From: an uncultured virus (IMG/VR IMGVR_UViG_3300024308_000303)
Lineage: Duplodnaviria; Heunggongvirae; Uroviricota; Caudoviricetes
Virus record (IMG/VR): IMGVR_UViG_3300024308_000303
DNA length: 64,000 nt
Reading direction: 5' to 3' (one strand)
Part shown: positions 58,680-64,000 of the stretch, piece by piece
How positions within the stretch are numbered: the stretch's first letter is position 1
Layout of the letters: each line of letters opens with the position of its first letter
Translations under genes and position numbers: made by a program
The notes under the pieces: model-generated
Database searches by the model: none
What the model saw: only the letters and a program-made list of their open reading frames with translations
What the model was told of the DNA's origin: nothing

Positions 58680-59063
58680 CTACTTTTTGTACTTTCTTAC
58701 TGTTTTCTTTTCAAAAAAATGAAGATGTCTCATACCAACACAATCAAGATATTGAACACCAATTACAGACCCACAGCATAAACATTCGATTGGCTTGTCA
58801 TAATTACCACAACACCCCCAACCTTTGCTGTATTTTAATTGTTGAGGATCTAAAAAACAATCGTCTCCAGTAATGTAATCATTTTTATATTTTAACGTAT
58901 ATGCTGATAACCACATAACATGACGGAAAAGAGAAAAACTGCCTTTACAAACAAAATTCTCATCACCAGAAATACCCAATCGTCTGATTGGATAAAGTGA
59001 TGTTGTATTAATCATTTGACATTTTCTACAAGCTATATACATAAGAATTAAGAGGTCTGACAA
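58680..59063 (-). CDS. Cys-rich (zinc-binding) hypothetical protein
   Basis: CRKC, GCCG, CLCCG, DC. Confidence 0.75.
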   Translation of the reverse strand: MSDLLILMYIACRKCQMINTTSLYPIRRLGISGDENFVCKGSFSLFRHVMWLSAYTLKYKNDYITGDDCFLDPQQLKYSKGWGCCGNYDKPIECLCCGSVIGVQYLDCVGMRHLHFFEKKTVRKYKK

Positions 59064-59290
59064 GTATATTTAAGTTTGAATGAATCAACAGACTCTTTAT
59101 TATGAACACCATAATTAGAGCTAAAATAAACAACACCATCAACAACACGATTAACAGTTAGCAGAATAGGTGTGCAATATTTATCAACAATAGTATCCCC
59201 CATCAACCAAAGCTGACCATTTTTCGGTTCAGGTTGTTCTACCTTTTTATTGGAAAACAAATTTTTAAAGATATTCATGTGAATCTCCAA
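59048..59290 (-). CDS. Hypothetical protein
   Basis: PKNGQLW motif; the start is probably MNIF. Confidence 0.68.
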   Translation of the reverse strand: MEIHMNIFKNLFSNKKVEQPEPKNGQLWLMGDTIVDKYCTPILLTVNRVVDGVVYFSSNYGVHNKESVDSFKLKYTCQTS

Positions 59291-59293
59291 TCG

Positions 59294-60055
59294 TTAATAA
59301 GTAATAATTTCATTCAAATCAATTTCATTAACAAACTGATCCTTATAAGTATCATATTTTACCAAATATTGTTGATAAAAGCTATTTAAATCTTTATTAC
59401 TTGTATCAAATCCATATGATTTAAGAACATTTGACCCATAATTCATACCAAGGATCATTAAATGAACAAAAGTGTGCTCTTTTGAAAGATCAATATCTGT
59501 TGCCAGTGTTTTAGACATTGCTTTTGCTTTTGGATTTTCATTAATCAAATTAACATTTTGATAGAAAACTCTTGAAATAAAAGCATTAGAATGATCGAAT
59601 TCATATTCTATATATCTACCATTTGAAATGGGAACATGGATTTTAAAATTTGGCAAAAATTTATCACCTGATAGTGAACAACAAAGTAGATTAGGACAAT
59701 CAGCAATAAAATGAACACCCAATACTTTAGCAATATCAGTTGATGCAGCAGTATCATTGGGTTCAATAGAACAACTGATACTGTTATAATCACCAACAGT
59801 ATCAAAATACATCACTACTTTAACTGGAACGAGCACTTTATTGACAGCAGCTTTAAAAATAGCACTAACCGTCTTAGCACTGTTTGAGACAAATACAGGA
59901 ATAGAAGTTGTAGCAGTACATTCAATTTCTACTTCAACTTTATTTGTTGAAGCAATAGATTTAATTTTTAGTTTAAATATATCTAAAGCATATTGATATA
60001 CATCTAAAGGTAATGCGTCCATAAGACGCATTTCTTTGAAAGTGTAACTAAACAT
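59294..60055 (-). CDS. Hypothetical protein with variant C-terminal tag
   Basis: Ends DLNEIITY. Confidence 0.78.
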   Translation of the reverse strand: MFSYTFKEMRLMDALPLDVYQYALDIFKLKIKSIASTNKVEVEIECTATTSIPVFVSNSAKTVSAIFKAAVNKVLVPVKVVMYFDTVGDYNSISCSIEPNDTAASTDIAKVLGVHFIADCPNLLCCSLSGDKFLPNFKIHVPISNGRYIEYEFDHSNAFISRVFYQNVNLINENPKAKAMSKTLATDIDLSKEHTFVHLMILGMNYGSNVLKSYGFDTSNKDLNSFYQQYLVKYDTYKDQFVNEIDLNEIITY

Positions 60056-60057
60056 AA

Positions 60058-60249
60058 TTATGCCGCCTTTGAAATTCTTTTTTCAACTTTTTTAAGCTCT
60101 TTCTTAGCAATATCAAGAGCCAACTTAAACATAGCAGCAGATTTACCACTATCCTTTGAAATCAAGGTTTTCATGCCAGCAATATCCTTGATCAATTTAT
60201 CTTGAGTTTCCTGCAATTTTTGAATATCAACTTCTTTTGCCATTTTCAA
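60058..60249 (-). CDS. Small coiled-coil protein
   Basis: GGAGG RBS; TGTATAAT promoter. Confidence 0.72.
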   Translation of the reverse strand: MKMAKEVDIQKLQETQDKLIKDIAGMKTLISKDSGKSAAMFKLALDIAKKELKKVEKRISKAA

Positions 60250-60322
60250 AGTCCTCCATTGCTATTTAATCACATTATACAACAAAAAAAGACCTAACAC
60301 AATAAAAAAAATCTGACGTTTG

Positions 60323-62050
60323 TCAGATCTTGTTTTTAAACTTTTCTTGAATGGCTTGATGGCATAGTTGTTCTATTTTACAATCTAAATCAAAATCAAT
60401 ACTATCATGACCTGCACTATCAACAAAACGTTCAAGTTCTTTTTGTAATGCAATACGTTCACGATAAGATAGTTTTGAATCTACAATATGTAATGGCCCA
60501 TCTATTAAATGATATCTATTATTTGAAAATTCTTTTTCAAATGATTTTGAGAATAACACAGTATCCTTATAATCAATCATAACATCTCGAATAATGGATA
60601 CAACATTCTCTTTACTCATATTGCCAATTGAAAATCTTGGGTTTAGGCTAAAATTAACTAATATTTCATTTTTAGCCGCATAATCAAATACAGCTTTGAA
60701 AGTGGATTTAACATTGTCAGGATTAGCACACGCTTTTATTATAAGAGAATTTATAGCTAACTCTTTAACTTTATTGTCTTCATAAAGTTCACACTTTACA
60801 AACATGTCAGCATTAAATTGATTTTTAGATACAAAAAATAATGTTTCATCATTAAATGTTAATTCTAATTTATCTGCATACATACCAAAGTTAATCATAT
60901 AAGATTCAGTAGTTGATGACCAAGCAGCAGCTAAATCAGAAACATCAACTTTGTCTAACATAAGATAAAATGAATCAGTATAATTCGTAATAGAATCATG
61001 ATTACCATTGATATCTAATTCTTTGTTTTGAATAATATCAACATCATGAACAGTATAATCAATAATTGGATATTTATCTGAAAGTGTTTCACTTAATTCA
61101 AAGAGGGCTTTGCTTGTGATTTCTTCATTTAATATGTCCTCTAATACTGGAGCCGAGGTTACTTTGTCTGTAAAAAGTTCAACTTGTGTTTTCACATTAC
61201 TAAGTTCAAAAGAGTTATAAAAAGCCATAGTGATTTCTTTAAGATCAGATGAAGTTAACATTTTACCTATCAATGTATTTTCAAATAATGGATTATTTTG
61301 AGCTAAGCTTAATAATTCTTCAAAAGAATGATCTCTTAGATGAAGAAAACCATCTACTGCTAAAATTTTATTTAAAGAATCCCCTTCAAAGAAATCTAGA
61401 AGAGATTGATTAGAAATAGGATATGAATAACGTAAAGAAAAATCATGTAATTCACGGATAACATTTAGAGATGCATCTTCATAAACATTAGATTTTACTG
61501 TTGGATTATGCAGAAGGTCTTTAAACTTAGATAACTGAACAAGAGGTTTAGAATTAATAAATCCATATTCATTTAATTCTAAATTGTACTCATTTTGTAT
61601 AAGAGTATGAAAAATCCAAGTATGACTTAATAAAAGTCCAAGATGATTAACAGCAGTAGAAATTTCAACATCAGAAAACTCTGTTTGAAGATCATAAAAG
61701 TTATCCATATCCTGAACAATGTTATTAAATCTTTCAAGTAATTCCCTATCCTTTTGTGTATGTATAGAATTTGAGAATGTAGATTTATCAATTTCTTCAT
61801 CACGTATAGTGAATTGACGACCATCAAAACGAATCAATTGATATTCAGGATGTGATTTATAATTCAACAACCTTTTAAGGCTAAAGCTGGAATCAGCATG
61901 CTGATGTAAATGAAGATCACCATAAGTTTCTTTTAAAGCAGTATTCTGAATGAGTTGATATAATCCCAATGTAATGAAATTATTATCAACAATACCATAA
62001 TGTTTTTTACTGATATCTTTTGCAATTTCTATATAATTTTTTATCTTCAT
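60323..62050 (-). CDS. Large hypothetical protein
   Basis: 575-aa ORF; ends EKFKNKI. Confidence 0.85.
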   Translation of the reverse strand: MKIKNYIEIAKDISKKHYGIVDNNFITLGLYQLIQNTALKETYGDLHLHQHADSSFSLKRLLNYKSHPEYQLIRFDGRQFTIRDEEIDKSTFSNSIHTQKDRELLERFNNIVQDMDNFYDLQTEFSDVEISTAVNHLGLLLSHTWIFHTLIQNEYNLELNEYGFINSKPLVQLSKFKDLLHNPTVKSNVYEDASLNVIRELHDFSLRYSYPISNQSLLDFFEGDSLNKILAVDGFLHLRDHSFEELLSLAQNNPLFENTLIGKMLTSSDLKEITMAFYNSFELSNVKTQVELFTDKVTSAPVLEDILNEEITSKALFELSETLSDKYPIIDYTVHDVDIIQNKELDINGNHDSITNYTDSFYLMLDKVDVSDLAAAWSSTTESYMINFGMYADKLELTFNDETLFFVSKNQFNADMFVKCELYEDNKVKELAINSLIIKACANPDNVKSTFKAVFDYAAKNEILVNFSLNPRFSIGNMSKENVVSIIRDVMIDYKDTVLFSKSFEKEFSNNRYHLIDGPLHIVDSKLSYRERIALQKELERFVDSAGHDSIDFDLDCKIEQLCHQAIQEKFKNKI

Positions 62051-62056
62051 AATTGT

Positions 62057-63868
62057 TTATGCTTGTTTTAAGGTTAATTTATTTTTACTTTGCACATCAT
62101 TCATCTCAAGAATTTTTAATTTCAAGCTTTCATTCATATATGGTTCATATTCTTCAAATTGTAAAGCCAGTATTTTATATCTAAAATCAGTTACAATAGG
62201 TAATCCAGTAACACTATCATCATTCTTTTTATGAGCAGCATAAAGAGTTCCATCATCATTAATGGTGATACCTATCATTGAAAGTGTATCTTCTGATTCT
62301 TTAGTAAAGTCATATATAAAATATTGATTCTGATTATTATTGGTATAATCATTAAAATATGTGCTTGAACGAGATATGCACCAATTGTTTGTTCCAAGTT
62401 TATTACTTTCTTCAAAGTTATTGATTTGTATGATTGCCATATCATCATTGATGAACAATGCTTTTTTATTTATAGTCTCTAATTGTCTTTCAACAGTGGC
62501 TTTACCAAACACAAATAACTCATCGTGAAGTTTTTTAACAAAATCATTGAAGTCTTCTGGGCTTTTCAATAAAGACAACTTCTTACCAATATAGTCTTGT
62601 ATGAATTCTTTTTTTAAGCCTTCATCATAAAACTTTTCAAAGAAAGGATATGCAGTATCAGTATACAAATGTTTATTTTTTGCACTTAATATGCTGCCTG
62701 CATATTGAGTTACTTTATGTTTTTTAACACTGTTAACAATGAAGTCATCCATTACTTCAAATGATTTTTCGAAAAAGTCATTTGGAATTCCAATAATTTT
62801 CAATACATTGTAATTAGCTATAAAGTTATCCACTGTTGAAATTGCTTTCTCAATTTCACCATCTTCTTTAAATTTATTCTTAAATAATTTTGCAAATGTA
62901 GGTTGTTTTCTCATTTTGTAATCAATAATGTCTACAAACAATTCATTGATTTTATCTTTAAGTTCAGTGCCACTGTTAGGGATTAAAAGATTACCATCCC
63001 TTTCAATGAAGAGAAAACTAGCATCAGCAAACATTATGGCTTTTTGATTTTTTTGAGAACGGCTTAGCTCAACAGTTTCAAAAAAAGTTTCATCAATTTT
63101 TTCAAATAAGAATTTTTGAACATTTGATAAAGATTCTGTTTCTGTTAATGCTATTGATTTGTAAGATTCTGCATAATTTTCCAATGCAGATGGATTATTA
63201 ATACGCACTTTTGCTAAAATTTTTTCTGTTAACGATACATATTTATCTTTTTGATTAACAAGCCCATTAAATCCAGATCGGCAAAGATCTTCAAGAGTTC
63301 CACTTTTAAAGAACTCCATATTATCAGTAATATACTTGATAATATCCTTACCTTTATTATTTTTAATATCAAGGGTATCACCATAATCTGCGTAAGTAAC
63401 AGCTTTAAAACGTAGTGTTTCAATCGCTTTTTTAAATTGTTCCACTTTTTTTAGAATGGCTAAACTTTCATTATGTATTTGATTGAATGTAGTTAATTCA
63501 TCACTTATGTCAACATTGTTTTTCTTAGCAAAGTCTATCCATTGGGAGAAAATTAAATTAATACCATTACCAAATGTTTTTTTATTAGCTCCAATAAAAA
63601 CATTGTCAAAATTAAAACGAGTAATGGTTAATATATCTGATCGTTCTACTGTATCTTGATAGTAATATTTTTCTATAGTATTAAATGTTTTTAATTTTGC
63701 TACTTTATCAGGATTATTAATGATATGACGAACCATTGAATTACCTAATCCATAATTACTGTCAAAAAATTCTTCAAACCCTAAAAAGTTAAATTCCTTT
63801 TGATTTATTTGTTCACGGCTATAATGTGTGATGCCATTCGTGTAAGCAGCAAATTTAGATATGTCCAT
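62057..63868 (-). CDS. Large hypothetical protein with C-terminal LGxxxWCIS domain
   Basis: 603 aa; ESNKLGTNNWCISR..YF..QYFIYDF..SMIGIT; partial paralog of 32512-33933. Confidence 0.85.
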   Translation of the reverse strand: MDISKFAAYTNGITHYSREQINQKEFNFLGFEEFFDSNYGLGNSMVRHIINNPDKVAKLKTFNTIEKYYYQDTVERSDILTITRFNFDNVFIGANKKTFGNGINLIFSQWIDFAKKNNVDISDELTTFNQIHNESLAILKKVEQFKKAIETLRFKAVTYADYGDTLDIKNNKGKDIIKYITDNMEFFKSGTLEDLCRSGFNGLVNQKDKYVSLTEKILAKVRINNPSALENYAESYKSIALTETESLSNVQKFLFEKIDETFFETVELSRSQKNQKAIMFADASFLFIERDGNLLIPNSGTELKDKINELFVDIIDYKMRKQPTFAKLFKNKFKEDGEIEKAISTVDNFIANYNVLKIIGIPNDFFEKSFEVMDDFIVNSVKKHKVTQYAGSILSAKNKHLYTDTAYPFFEKFYDEGLKKEFIQDYIGKKLSLLKSPEDFNDFVKKLHDELFVFGKATVERQLETINKKALFINDDMAIIQINNFEESNKLGTNNWCISRSSTYFNDYTNNNQNQYFIYDFTKESEDTLSMIGITINDDGTLYAAHKKNDDSVTGLPIVTDFRYKILALQFEEYEPYMNESLKLKILEMNDVQSKNKLTLKQA

Positions 63869-64000
63869 TAAAATTTTAAATGTTTATCTATTTATTATAT
63901 CACAATTCAATATTAAAAAAAGAATCTAAATAATTAAATTGATTAAAACATGGCGATATGATAAAATAGCGAAAAATGGAGTATAAAATGAGAAAATATT

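Noticed and set aside
564..63423. Many 60-155 aa alternative-frame or antisense ORFs (e.g. 564-842, 17207-17674, 30050-30295, 42951-43400, 49427-49864)
   Set aside because: They overlap longer ORFs that have an RBS, promoter or motif support, and look like shadow frames
1..64000. CRISPR array, integrase/transposase, diversity-generating retroelement or stop-codon recoding
   Set aside because: No regularly spaced repeats, recombinase or RT motifs, or near-identical TR/VR pair seen; ORFs tile densely under the standard code and use all three stop codons

Overview
A very AT-rich, gene-dense window with about 100 short to medium ORFs, mostly on the minus strand. Very many genes have their own sigma70-like promoter (TTGACA-like -35, about 17 bp spacer, TGnTATAAT-like -10), and intrinsic terminators are frequent. 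No bacterial housekeeping operons, capsid or tail genes, integrase or CRISPR array are visible. The best interpretation (inference) is the early/accessory region of a large ('jumbo') phage. Recognisable products: a PRTase-fold protein, two class I SAM methyltransferases, a Nudix hydrolase, a protein with a PEP-utiliser swivel phosphohistidine domain, a stand-alone topoisomerase IA catalytic fragment, a GNAT, two RNA ligases (T4 Rnl1-like and DRB0094-like), AlkB, a CMP/dCMP-type deaminase, signal peptidase I and tRNA-Leu(CAG). Main discoveries: (1) a stand-alone ~270-nt ncRNA (51898-52168, minus) with its own promoter and terminator that reproduces the 23S rRNA uL11-binding GTPase-associated centre (H43/H44), split by a ~208-nt structured insert whose removal restores the canonical junction; (2) about 20 otherwise diverse proteins ending in the same C-terminal tag, typically [D/E]-M-x-x-[I/Y/V]-stop, plus a smaller class with basic tails; (3) a promoter-driven tRNA-like RNA with no canonical anticodon arm; (4) several long structured 5' leaders. 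All calls were made by eye and none were checked against a database.
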